DNA from: Octopus sinensis
Taxonomy: Eukaryota
Direction of reading: 5' to 3'
Assembly: GCF_006345805.1 (NCBI RefSeq)
Contig: NC_043002.1
Coordinates: 67,952,001 to 68,016,000, forward strand
Length of the DNA stretch: 64,000 bases
Below are positions 38,781 to 51,000 of this stretch, in pieces; the stretch's first letter is position 1, and every line of letters begins with the position of its first letter. The notes under the pieces were generated by a model, which was not told the DNA's origin, searched no databases, and was given only the letters and a program-made list of their open reading frames with translations. The translations under genes and the position numbers were made by a program.

Positions 38781-40275
38781 AATAATAATAATAATAATTG
38801 TGTACAGTGCTCAGGTGCACTACAGCTCATCTAAAGTGTATATATAATCAGGTGTAGTTTCGGCGGATTTCGGAAAGCATGAGGGCCTTAAAAGATGCAG
38901 TGTCATGGCAGTCAACAACTGACGCAGGCAGTTTATTCCATGCTTCAGCAACTCTGAGCGTGAAAAAATGTTTCCGAAAGTCATGGGAGCTGTATTGTTT
39001 TCTGACTTTGTAGGCATGTCCACGTGTGTTAGACACATGGAGATCAAAAAGGTGTTCAGTGTTGTTGTTGGTGAGGTGGTTGATAACTTTGTGGGTGTTT
39101 ACCAAGTCCGTCGCCAAACGCCGGAGCTTCAGTGAATCCATGCCCAGGGAAACAAGGCGCTCAGAATATGGTAGGTGTCTGATGGAGGGTATGCGTTTGG
39201 TTGCACGTCTCTGGACAGATTCCAGGAGGTCAATGTTCTGTGCAAGATAGGGGTTCCAAACTGATGATGCGAATTCCAAGTGTGGTCGTACCATAGCTGT
39301 ATACAGTTTTAAATAGATGGCTGGAGAGCGGCTAACAAAAGACCTGCTGAGTGATGCCAAGACACCCTCGGCCTTCCTGACAATCTTAGAGATATGCTTT
39401 GACCAACGCAAATCACTGCTGACAGTGATGCCTAGGTCACGCTCGCAAGAGGATTTCTTGATATCAGTGTTGTTTCTCCCAAAATGCATGGTGGTACACT
39501 TGTCCACAGCCAGTTTCAATTGCCAGTCTGTGATCCATTGCTGCATTGTGTCTAGGTCTGATTGCAGGAAAGAGTTGTAGACATCAGGATCTGTCCTCTT
39601 GATTTCAAGGTACAGCTTGATGTCGTCTGCATATTTCAATACTGTGGCATTCTTTAAATTGGCATCTATGTCGTTAATGTATGCCACAAACAAGAGGGGA
39701 CCAAGGACAGATCCCTGTGGTACACCCGATGACATCTCATATGGTGTAGAGTGCTGTCCTAGAACTGTGACTACCTCCTTTCGGCTGAGGATGAAGGATT
39801 TCAACCAGTTAAAAAGGTCATCCCCCACACCCATTGCAGAGAGTTTCACCATAAGCCTTTTGTGTGGCACAGAGTTGAAAGCCTTAGCAAAGTCAAGGTA
39901 GACAACATCCACCCATGAGCCACTGTCAGTAATCTGAGTAATGTCCTCAAGGAACTCGACAAGCTGGTCACTGCAGCTGGAGTTAGGGACAAATCCATAT
40001 TGTGAGGGTCAGATGAGACTGTGAGAGCTCCAGAAGTTCCAGAGTGTTTCTCTGACACACGATTCCATCAGTTTTGCAATACAGCTAGTGAGACTGACTG
40101 GGCGATAGTTGACAGGTGATGTGCGGTCACCCTTTTTGAACAGAGGAATGACACTGGCAGTTTTCCACTGCTCCGGAGTAGCACCATTGTTGAGACAGTA
40201 CTGGAAGAAAATAGAAAGCTGGTGTAAAAGGAAGTGCCTGCCACGTTTGAGAAGCAGGTATGTAACTCCATCGAG
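38781..40275 (-). mobile_element. CR1-clade LINE, 5-prime truncated, RT nearly intact
   Basis: NYRPVSLTS, YLDFAKAF, SGVPQGSVLGPLLF, KYADD; ORFs 40009-40338 and 38848-39912 are in the same frame, separated by one TGA; (TTA)n tail at about 38781-38797. Confidence 0.95.
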
Positions 40276-42879
40276 ACCAACACAAACACACACACACATA
40301 TATATATATGTGTGATGAGCTTCCACAGTTTCTGCCAACCAAGCTCACTCACATGGCAATGTTTGGCCCAGGGCTATAGTAGAAGACACTAACCCAAGAT
40401 GCTGCACAACAGGACTAAGCCTGAAACCACATGGTTGCAATATATGCTTCTAAACCATTCCTATGAAGTATGGGGTTTTGAGGGTCAGTCATTTTAGAAC
40501 TCCTTTTCTCATTAATAAAGAGAGTAAGGGGTCAAAAATATCCCTAATATTTGGAGTAACTCAAGTTTTTGTCAGTTACCCACTATGCTAATGGATTTAT
40601 TCCTTTTAGGTGGGTGTCATTATTCTGAATAGCTGGGTATAGGGGCAGAAGTAATTTGAAAGAATTGAAACTGTGAAAAAGAAAGTTTTGGTATTTCTAG
40701 AGAATAGAATGAAAATCTAGCTAGTGCACCAAAAACTGTAATTTCTTCAGCTTTGCATTGTAGATATCAAACCTGAAAAAAAGGAGCTTTTTTTTTTTCC
40801 TTTCTCAGATTTATGTTTTAAACATTAGAAATCCTGATTCTTTGAGCTTATGTGTAACAAAATTCCAAAATTTTTTGAAAAAGTGAAAACTGATAATTTA
40901 CATACATAACAGTGGGGAAATCACTTTTTGTTATTTTTTTTTCCACATTTGTAATTGATGATGCTTAAAATATATACAGGTCCAAAGAAATTAAGACTTT
41001 TGGCACACTTGATAATTTCTGACTATTCCTACAGAATAGAGTCAGAAATAATAATAGCTTGTAGGACTGCCAGAAACTGTTTCTTCAGGTGTAGCTGTGT
41101 GGTAAGAATTTTGCTTCTCAACACCATGATTCCAGGTTTAGTCCCACTGTATGGCACCTAGGGCAAGTGTCAACTACTATAATCTTGAGCTGACCAAAGC
41201 CTTGAGAGTGGATTCAGTAGATGGAAACTAAAAGAAGCCCATCATATATGAGTGTATGTGTGTGTGTTTGTGTTTGTCCCCTCCCACTGCTTGATAAACT
41301 GGTATCGATATCTTTATACCACTGTAACTTCGTAGTTTTTGCAAAAGAGGCCAATAGAATAAGTACTAGGCTTAAAAACCAAAGTACTGGGGTCGATGTG
41401 TTCGACTAAAATTCTTCAACATGGTGTCCCAGTATGGCTGCAGTCTGAAACAAAAGATAAAAGAAAAGAAGGTGCACGTATCGGAGATGTAGCCCAACTG
41501 CTTCCCCACTTTAAAAAAAATTTTTTTACGGAAACCCATGGAGGGCTATGGAGGGTCCAATTCTGAAAATAAATTTGCAAAAATCTTCATTTTTCACTTT
41601 TTCAGAAATTTTGGGGGGCAAAATACATAGAAAGATACAGAGATTATGACTCTGAAAAAAATTTGTTTGCAAAATTTCAATTTTTCAAACCCCCCCCCCC
41701 CCCGATTTTATGGCCTTCAAGCAGGTTATCCACATGCCAAATCTCACACAAACTTTGTTTTAACTTGCAGAAAAATTGATATTTTTTAATAAAATTTTCG
41801 ACATATATGCTGCGATGAAATAATGAAAGAAATATGTAATCAATCTACTATCTACGCACATGCATACATATATATAAACATATACAAACAATTCTAACTT
41901 GCTTATAATCATGTTCATCATTGCCTTGTCATCACCAACAGAGTAGTTAACATCATCACTCACAGAACTACAAATCCTGTGGGGTGGGGTCAGCTTCGTG
42001 CCAGTGGACAAGGGAATAATCCATGAGAAGGAGATGTGGCAGTGCAGGTTTTAGTAGAGGACCAGTATGGTTACTAATATCTAGTAGGGGAAAAGGATAA
42101 AGATCCCCTTTGGTCATGAACGACAATGAGATTGCACCTAGAAAATTCCCCTCCAAGGTACAAGTCCAGGCAAATTTGTTTATGGAAGACTAGCAGTCAC
42201 CCATGCATACCAGCCTACCCATTCCATGTTATCCAAGGAAAAAGCAAAGAGTGATACAGCAAAGCATTCGATAAAGTATGTACGCATGTGGCAAAAAAGT
42301 TTGTGTGAGATTTAGCTGTTATTTCTAGCATGTGGATAGCCTGCTTGAAGGGCTGCAGAATCAGGGTTGTTGTAATTAAATACAAACAATTTTTCTTCAG
42401 AATCATAATCTCCGTATTTTACTACGTATTTCGACAGAAAAAAAAAATTTATGAAAAAAGTGAAAAATGAAGAAATGGGTGGAGGGTAAGTGAAATATTG
42501 AAATCGCGATTTTTGCAATTTTTTTTTTTTTTTTCGGAATCAGAATCTCCCATAGCCGAAAACGTGGGTACCGTTTAAAAAAAATGAAAGTGCGCGCGCG
42601 TGTGTGTGTGTGTGGGGGGTACGTCTCCGTCATGTGCGCTGTCCTCTGTACGTGTCCGTAACTTAGTGGTTTCGCTAAAAAGTTTGATAGAATACATACC
42701 AGAGTTATAAAAATGTTCATGGAGTCGATTTTTTTTCGACTAAAACTCAAGGCGGTGCTATAACATGGCAGCAATACAATAGTCGAAGCAAGTAAAAGAT
42801 AACTTGGAATATATTATTTTAATGTGTCCTTAATTTTATAAGACGCTTGAGGTATATGGTTTAAGGCAGATTTAGCTGT

Positions 42880-43020
42880 TAATTCATGTAGGTCGAGGGA
42901 CCACATTAAGACGTCCCAACCGAAGTGTCGTCTGCAGGCCGTTCGTTAACATCCTCCTGCGCATGCGCGATAGAACAGACGCTTTAAAACAAATGTCCGG
43001 ATATTTCGAAAGCAGAGCGG
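42880..43020. promoter_or_regulatory. CpG-rich promoter-like segment
   Basis: TGCGCATGCGC (NRF1-type palindrome) at about 42958-42968, ETS-like CCGGAT and CGGGAAG, local CpG enrichment against a CpG-poor background. Confidence 0.45.
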
Positions 43021-43022
43021 GA

Positions 43023-43410
43023 AGCGAATTGTTTTTCCCCATGAGAGTTCCGGACCGTAATGAACTCATTTGCCAATCAGAGCTCACCTTGACCTTGTCA
43101 AGTTAACAAACACACTCAGTCAAACAAAAGGGTTTGACCCGAGCAAAACAAATAGTTTGACCGCAAGACGAAGAGTGGTGTTGTAAATCGACCGATCGCC
43201 AAGTTATCCCTGATTTTAGAAGGAGACAAGTAATTAGATAGATTTGCATCTATACTTATTATTGGATTTTGTTAGGACTCCATTTGGTAAATATGTGGAT
43301 GGGAGAAATGTCGGTAGAGGGTGATGTGCTAGCAACCCTCTCCCCTTACTGTTTTACAAAGTAAACAACAGAGGCAACCATGGTTGAAACAAGAACAAGC
43401 ATTATTCTTT
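43023..43410 (+). other. Duplicated element with promoter-like motifs and a structured core (copy 1)
   Basis: Collinear with 55281-55660: TTTTCCCATGAGAGTTCCG, CTCATTTGC, GCCAATC, CTCACCTTGACCTTG, then a conserved ~230-nt core. Confidence 0.7.
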
Positions 43411-44735
43411 TCGTTAATGTTTATAACTCAGAAAAAAAAATAGTGCAATGAGTGTAAAAAAAATATGTAGGAAACGAATATGAAAAAAAATGTGCGCAAA
43501 GCAACGGGAGGGTAGGAAGAATACCTCGGAAAATTCACATAGTTCGAGTTTTTCCCTCATAACTTTTAGGAAAATGGAGTTTTTTCAATGAAATTTTAGA
43601 TAAATACCTTTCAAATGGTATACATTACGATTATAAAGAAATTTGTGGGGAAAATCTTTTCTAAGGGGTGGGGAGAGGACTTCGGAAAATTCTTACACCT
43701 ACACGCACACATTCTTTTCTACTCTAGGCACAAGGCCCGAAATTTTGAAGGAGGCGGGGCAGTCAAATAGATCGACTCAGTACGCAACTGGTACTTAATT
43801 TATCGACCCCGAAAAGCAAAGTCGACCTCGGCGGAATCTGAACTCAGAACACAAAGACAGACGAAATACTGCTAAGCATTTCGCCCAGCGTGCTAACGAT
43901 TCTGCCAACACGCCGCTTTACATACCCATGTATTATACAAGTATGGAAGACAAATAGTTTCAACGATATTGAAGTAGACTTTTTATTGTTACACAAGCGG
44001 TTTGACGAAAATGTTCATACCCAGCAGAGATTATAATAAAAAAAAACTTACCACGCTTGTAAGTCATTTTTGTTTCGTCGATTGAATTTCCCGCTATTTT
44101 CTCCTATCACTTTTGAAAAAAGAGCCAATAAAAAGCGACATACGACTACGTAAACTTGCTCCTTTGTTTTGTGTATCCCGTTCTGACGGAATTCTGTTTT
44201 ATGTACGCCAAATAACCCCCTCATAACTTTTTTTTATTTTGGGGGAATTTTCAGAAAATTTTTACGAATTTGTATTCTACACAGGGGAATTCATAGGATT
44301 ATGCGAAAACCAAAAATAAAAAAAATCGCGCGTGATTTAAGGCCTATTTAACTGTTATTTTTAGCACATCTGACGACCACCTCATACCCTCCTCACTTGT
44401 TTTTCGATATCTTTCTCCCCATAAACACATTTAACGGTTTATTGCTGAGATTTAAGCTAAAAATTCGGTGTGTCCGTACTTTAAACTGTGATTTTAAAAT
44501 AATTTCCCCCATTATTTAAAAAAAAATAAACATCGGCGCAAGAGTGGCTGTGTGGTAAGAAGTTTGCTTCCCAACCACATGGTTGCGGGTTCAGTCCCAC
44601 TGCATGGCACCATGGGCAAATGTCTTCTATTATACCATTGGTATAAAGCCTGAAGAAGCCCAATTGAAATTTTCAGAGGTGTATGAACAACAAACAAGTG
44701 TATGCTCATATATATATATGAACGTGAAACCATTA

Positions 44736-44806
<71 letters not shown>

Positions 44807-45124
44807 CCATATAGAATCTTTTGTTTGACTGCCAAGGTCAATTTCAGTTCGAATTTCATATTCAGTGTATAGGCTAATCAATGCCATGAAAATCATTTTC
44901 GCCCAAGTTTGATGGGCAATTTTAGCCAATCGTAAGCCACAGACACATTCATGCTTGTTTCCATAGTAACAAGCCAAACATGAGAGTAAGCATGTGTTGA
45001 CTAAAGTTCCAGTCATTGAGATGGTTGTCATATATGCTAAAAATAGCAGCCAAAGAGGCCTTAAATCATGCACTAGAGAAGGATGCAGTTTCCTACTTGC
45101 AAGAAAAGAGTGTTATACCCAAAA

Positions 45125-45425
45125 GAAAATTATGCAAAATGAAGAAGCATCTTATGAGTACAAGAGAACGTGGTGAGAATATGTATTGACGCCAAGGATG
45201 CATAAAATTTGTGTCAGTGAGGAAAGACACATGGTTTGAAGGTGACACCCTTCCTCTTAGAACTATAGTGTTTTACCTTTTCTCGTGGGTTAAGAAATTG
45301 ACTTCAGTCCAGTTTTGTGTTGAAGAGCTGGAAATGAGCCATTGCACATCTGTTGATTATAACAGCTATGTTAGGGAAGTATGTGCAGAGGACTTGCTCC
45401 ATTATCCAGTTAAGGTTGGAGGTGT
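45125..45425 (+). mobile_element. Merlin (IS1595/ISXO2-like) transposase fragment
   Basis: FVSVRKDTWFEGDTLPLRTIVFYLFSWVKKLTSVQFCVEELEMSHCTSVDYNSYVREVCAEDLLHYPVKVGG matches the Merlin N-terminal region preceding VEIDES. Confidence 0.75.
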
Positions 45426-46034
45426 TTGTTTAATTTGTAATGTGCTATTTTGTTCTTGGGTATAAGTTGCTATAAGTTTCTTATTTTGAGAAATAGTTCA
45501 TTTGTAATGTGCTGTTTATAGCATTAAATGAATATTGAATGCTTACAACTACAAAACACGTGTTTTTTTTTTATTATTGAGGTGGTTGTGAGATGTGCTA
45601 AAAATAACAGCTAAATAGGCCTTAAATCATGCATCCCCAACAATTTCTTCTTTTGCATAATTGTATGAAGTCCGGCATGTAGATTACAAACATGCAACAT
45701 TTTTCTGAAATCTTCAAAAAATAAAAAAGAGTTTTGAGGGGTTATATGTCGTAATTCATCTATTTACGGTTTCATATAAAAACACAAATGCTATTTTCAG
45801 GATGTTGCCAAAATGTGCAGTCACACACAAAATGACAGTTTCCAAATCCTGTTTCCTGACAGAGCAAAAATTGTCAAACTTTAAACCTCTATAACTTTTT
45901 AAAAAATTTCTGGAAAAAGTGAAATAACTCCAGCAATTCAGCTTGGAAATTTACATTAATGTACCAAATTTTAAAATTTTAAATTTTCAATAAACTTTGA
46001 TTTTTGAAACCTTGGCAGCCAAACAGAAAAGATC

Positions 46035-46462
46035 CTATATGTTTAAAGTCTGTATGGAAAGAGGTTGTTTTTTCCTAGGGATAAATTTTATCCAAGTGTA
46101 CACCAGTCTAGCTCTATATTGATTAACAATTTGGAAATTCTACATGTGTATATGTACTAGTGTTTATCGTTGATTCTTCTTTGATATTAGTACCTTACAC
46201 TTCTGAAACTCCAGTTGTCGCTATAGAAGTTTCCATTGTTTTCGATATAGGAGAAAAACTTTTAACAACATAAAGAAAATGGAGAATACATACATAGGAT
46301 AATCAATTTATTTATTATCATAGTCAATTCATATTGCCTACACAACATTTCAGTTAATTGCTCCATCCAAATTTGCACATTTAAGATGATTTATGAAGTT
46401 GAGAAAAGCAAAAACCTCCTCAGGGCAGATAGACTTATATTTTTCCCATTCTAACAGAAATC
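46035..46462 (-). CDS. Candidate 3-prime exon(s) of gene 2, structure unresolved
   Basis: Either 46462-46350 (FLLEWEKYKSICPEEVFAFLNFINHLKCANLDGAIN*) or 46258-46199 plus 46113-46035 (phase 2 chain ending ARLVYTWIKFIPRKKQPLSIQTLNI*); both have plausible AG/GT signals. Confidence 0.3.
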
Positions 46463-46499
46463 CTGTTTATTAATTGATTTATGGCGAAAATTAATTGCA

Positions 46500-47125
46500 T
46501 TTCAACAATTAGGAGCTGCCTGACCCAGCACTTACAACATTATGACTGGGTGTTGAGGCAGTTACTCAACAACTCAAATGTGGACGTAATATACCTTGAT
46601 TTTGCAAAAGCTTTTGACAAGGTGGATCATGGTATGATATGCCACAAACTGTGTGATCTTGGCATAGCTGGAAAACTTGGAGAGTGGTTACATGACTTTC
46701 TGAAAGATAGTCAGGCAGTAGTGGCTAATGGAGCCACCTCTATGAACACACAAATAGAGAGCAGTGTTCCACAGGGCAATGTCTTAGGACCACTGCTTTT
46801 TATAGTGGCCCTCTCAGATATGCCCTCAAGTGCCCGGATAGCCACACTTGCAAGCTATGCAGATGATACGAAAGTCTCGCAGAAAATACAGAACCCCAGC
46901 AATGTTGCACACCTGCAGCAGGAGTTGGACTCAATTTACAGATGGACTGAGGATAATAATATGCAGTTTAATGCTGAAAAATTCCAAGCCCTGCTCTACC
47001 AGCATCCAAAACTGAATATGAAACTTACAGGGTACACAGGTCCACAGGAAATTTCAATCCCAGAACCTAAATCAGCGAGGGACCTAGGTATAGACATGAG
47101 TGATGATACCTCTTTCCAAGTGCAC
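46500..47125 (+). mobile_element. CR1-clade LINE RT fragment (different family from the 38.8-kb copy)
   Basis: VDVIYLDFAKAFDKVDHG, SVPQGNVLGPLLF, SYADDTK. Confidence 0.9.
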
Positions 47126-47749
47126 AGAAATGAATCTGTTTCAGTTTTGTACTTATGTACAGTTTGCCATCGCGACCCTCGTTGTGATCTCATGCATGGC
47201 AAATCGATGCAAGTGAGGTCTCACTCTAGTCTTGGAGATGGCAATGGTTGCTGCGAGATCTCATCCAATATGGTGCTGACTGCTTGTGCCGCTACAGCTT
47301 TGTGAATGGATTTGGTAGATGGAAACTGAAAGAAGCCCATTGTGCGCACGCACGTGTGTGTGTGTGTGCCTTTGTGTCCATGTCCCTCACCACCATTTGA
47401 CAACTGGTGTTGGTGTGTTTATGCCCCTTTTACTTAGTGGTGCAGCAAAGAAAGACTGATAGGATAAGTTGTAGGTTTTAAATAAAAAGTAATGGGGTCA
47501 ATTCATTTGACTAAGAAAAAAAAAACTCTTTAAGGCAGTGATCAAGCATACCACAGTCTAATGATAAAACAAGCAAAAGAGAAAAGCTCTAATCATCGAC
47601 AATTCAACAGTTACATTAATCCCTGCACAAACACCACAACAAGAGCTAAATGATGAATAAAAGGACCACTTTTAGTAAGAAGACTATCTCAACGATAGAA
47701 ATTTATTTGATATTAGTGGTAATAAAATGAGATTCAGATATTTCTTTAC

Positions 47750-47912
47750 AAATTTCGCAGATCCATATTTGCCTTCTTATCTTCAATAATTTTAAGTAAA
47801 CAATTTGGCAAGTTGATAGTCTGTATAATGTGATGTATTACATTAGTGTTGTAATTTGTGATGCTACTGTTGCCAACAAGTTCCAGAATCTGAAGAATCC
47901 ATTGTGAGTTAG
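47750..47912 (-). CDS. Candidate exon of gene 2
   Basis: Strong acceptor ttccttttgcattcttcttgccgaag; phase 1 to 2; (A)NSQWILQILELVGNSSITNYNTNVIHHIIQTINLPNCLLKIIEDKKANMDLRN; donor TT|GTAAAG. Confidence 0.5.
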
Positions 47913-48727
47913 CTTCGGCAAGAAGAATGCAAAAGGAATAATAACGAATGAATTTGTATATACCATGAGGAAAAGAAAAATTAACAATGCTTTGGGTATA
48001 GGCCCAAGGTTGGTTACAGAGCAAAGGTTAAAAAAGAAAAGAATCCATAGGTTATTATGCAAAGAGCCATACTAATAATGGCTGAAGGAAATTAATTACT
48101 GGTAAATCTATACTTCACTGATGAGGTCTAATAAGACCAAACATATCCAGAATTATCACTATTTTGTCATTGTAATTCTATCTTTAAAGAAAAGTATTGT
48201 TTCAATGAGTAAGAGATAAAGCAACAGGTACAGATAGGCTGTAAGCTGTTCATTCAGGCTGGCTCATATTTCTGTCATGATAAAAATAACAGCTGGTTTT
48301 GGCAGGTTACCTTAGAAGTAACACACGTATCTAGTATAAGAAGCTAGAAGAGCAGACATACAAACTACCTTTTCGCATTTATTTCAATGGTTCTCAAACA
48401 TCATACCACAGCGCACTATGGATTTTTAAAAATATAATTTAAGCCTTCAGAAAATCCTTAAGCACAAGCATGTGTGGTAAGAAGTTTGTTTCCCAACAAC
48501 ATGGTTCCAGGTTCAGTCCCATCATGTGGTACTTTGGGCAAGTGTCTTCAACTATAGCCCTGGGCCAACCAAAAACTTGTATGTGTATTTGGAGGACAGA
48601 AACTGAAAGAACTCCATGTACACACACTCTCACAAACACATACATACAAACATACATTCACATATATGTATGTGTGTGTGTATTATCATCATCATCTTTT
48701 AACTTCTGTCTTCCATGCTAGCATGGC

Positions 48728-48796
<69 letters not shown>

Positions 48797-48801
48797 TACA
48801 T

Positions 48802-48833
<32 letters not shown>

Positions 48834-49016
48834 CAACCTGTGCTAGCGTGGAAAACGGACGTTAAACGATGATGATGATGATACATATATAAATATATAT
48901 AAATATATATACATATATATATAAATATATATATACATATATATATATAAATATATATACATATATATAAATATATATATACATATATATATATAAATAT
49001 ATGATAATATATACAT

Positions 49017-49066
<50 letters not shown>

Positions 49067-50054
49067 CATCGTCATCATCAGTTTTCCATGCAGGCATGAG
49101 TTGGATGGCTTGATTGAAAACTGGTAAGGTGGGGAGCTGCACCAGGTTCCAATCTGATTTGGCATCGTTTCTACAGCTGGATGTCCTTCCTAATGCCAAC
49201 CACTCCAAGAGTGTAGTGGATGCTTTTTTACAAGGCAGCGGGACAGGTGCCAGTTACATAACACTGGCATTGGCCATGACTATGAACTCACTTGGCTCCA
49301 CAGGTCTTCTCAAGCTTGGTATATTCTTTTCTACTCTAGGCTGAAGGCCCGTAATTTTTGGGGAGGCAGCCAGTCAATTAGATCAACTCCAGTACACAAC
49401 CGGTACTTAACTTATCAATTCTGAAAGGATGAAAGGCAGAGTCAACCTTCGTGGAATTTGAACTCAGAGCATAAAGGCAGACAAAATACTGCTAAGCATT
49501 TCACCCGGTGCGCTAACATTTCTGCCAGCTTGCCGCCTTTCAAGCATGGTATATTGCCAATGGTCTCAGTCACTTGTCACTGCCCCCATGAGGCCCAAAG
49601 TTCGAAGCATGCTTTTTATTTTACGTGCCACTGGCATGGGTGCCAGTTATGCAACACTGGCATTGGCCATGGCTATGATTTATATACTCTTTTACTTGTT
49701 TCAGTCATTTGACTGCGGCCATACTGGAGCACCACCTTTAGTCGAGCAAATCGACCCCAGGACTTATTCTTTGTAAGCCTAGTACTTATTCTATCGGTCT
49801 CTTAACTGGAGCTAAAAAACAACCTATTTCTTTGCACTAAATAATAATCACTTGACCCCACTTCTTTTGTTTCCTCAATTTTTTGTCACACTTAGCACCA
49901 TCCTTCTTTTCTTTCCAGAACTGACACTCTTTAGAATTTCCTACTTAGTTTCTTTTTTCTAGGAAACCACATTTTTACCAGCTTAAGAGGGCCCCCTCCT
50001 CCTCCTGTCTACCTTTAAAAATATGTTCCCTATGCTGAACAGGTGGATGTTTAA

Positions 50055-50266
50055 CCCTTTCGTTACCAGTCCAGCTGAAATCGGCTCTGGCTTTTTAGTA
50101 TAAATGTCTTGTTTTCATAAGCTTTGAATTCAAACCTTCCACTAAATCGTAGTCACAATTTATGTTCCTAACACTAGCTTAATGATAACGATGTTATTTT
50201 ACTAAATTCTTTGTTATATTTAAAGTAATTGAAAGAAACAGAGAGCATCTCAAAATAACGAAAGGG
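50055..50266. mobile_element. piggyBac-type MITE
   Basis: TTAA on both flanks (50051-50054, 50267-50270) and perfect 11-bp TIRs CCCTTTCGTTA / TAACGAAAGGG. Confidence 0.88.
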
Positions 50267-51000
50267 TTAAAGTGAGTAAAGTTTTTAAAAAAAGGCTAGA
50301 CAGGGCCATTCTCATGTGACATACATGACAGTCAGCAACACAAATTACGAAATATTTTTCAAGATCTCTGTCAATTTGCTGTGCTTGAGAAGACATGCCA
50401 AGTTAAGTGAAATCACAGTTGTGGCCTGCACTGGTGACATGTAAAAGGCACCCAGTACACTCTGTAGAGTGGTTGGCATTAGAATGGCATCCAGTGGTAA
50501 AAAAAATCAAGCCAAAACAGACTGGAGCCTAGTGCAGCTCTCCAGTTTACTAGCTTCAGTCAAAATGTTTAACCCATGCCAGTTTGGAAAATGGACAGTA
50601 AATGACGATGATGATGATGATATATCATTGTTTAACATTTATTTTCCATGCTAGCATGGGTTGGACAGTTTGACAGGAGCTGGCTAGCCAAGGAGTGGTC
50701 CAAACTCCATTTGTCTGTTGTGGCATGGTTTCTACGACCGGATGCTCTTCCTAACGTCAACCACTTAATAGTGTGCTGAGTGCTTTTTACATGCCGCCAG
50801 CACAAGTGCATTTATACATCACAGGCACGAGCACACTTTTATGTGGCATTGGTTCTTGAAAGGACACGCAATCAGGACTTTCACGACACCCTGAAAGCCA
50901 GAAACTTTTCAGCACCCCCTTGTGTGTGTGTGTGTGTGTTTGTGTGTGTATGTATGTATATATATATATATGTGTGTGCGTGTGTGTGTGTGTGTGTGTG

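Noticed and set aside
42884-43087. 67-aa minus-strand ORF over the promoter-like island
   Set aside because: No recognisable homology or clear splice donor; more likely UTR or regulatory sequence.
43177-43352. Definite call as 7SK, a spliceosomal snRNA, U3 or telomerase RNA
   Set aside because: No match to U1, U2, U4, U5, U6, U11, U12 or U3 5-prime signatures; no CCCTAACCC template; only patchy 7SK resemblance. Kept as an open finding.
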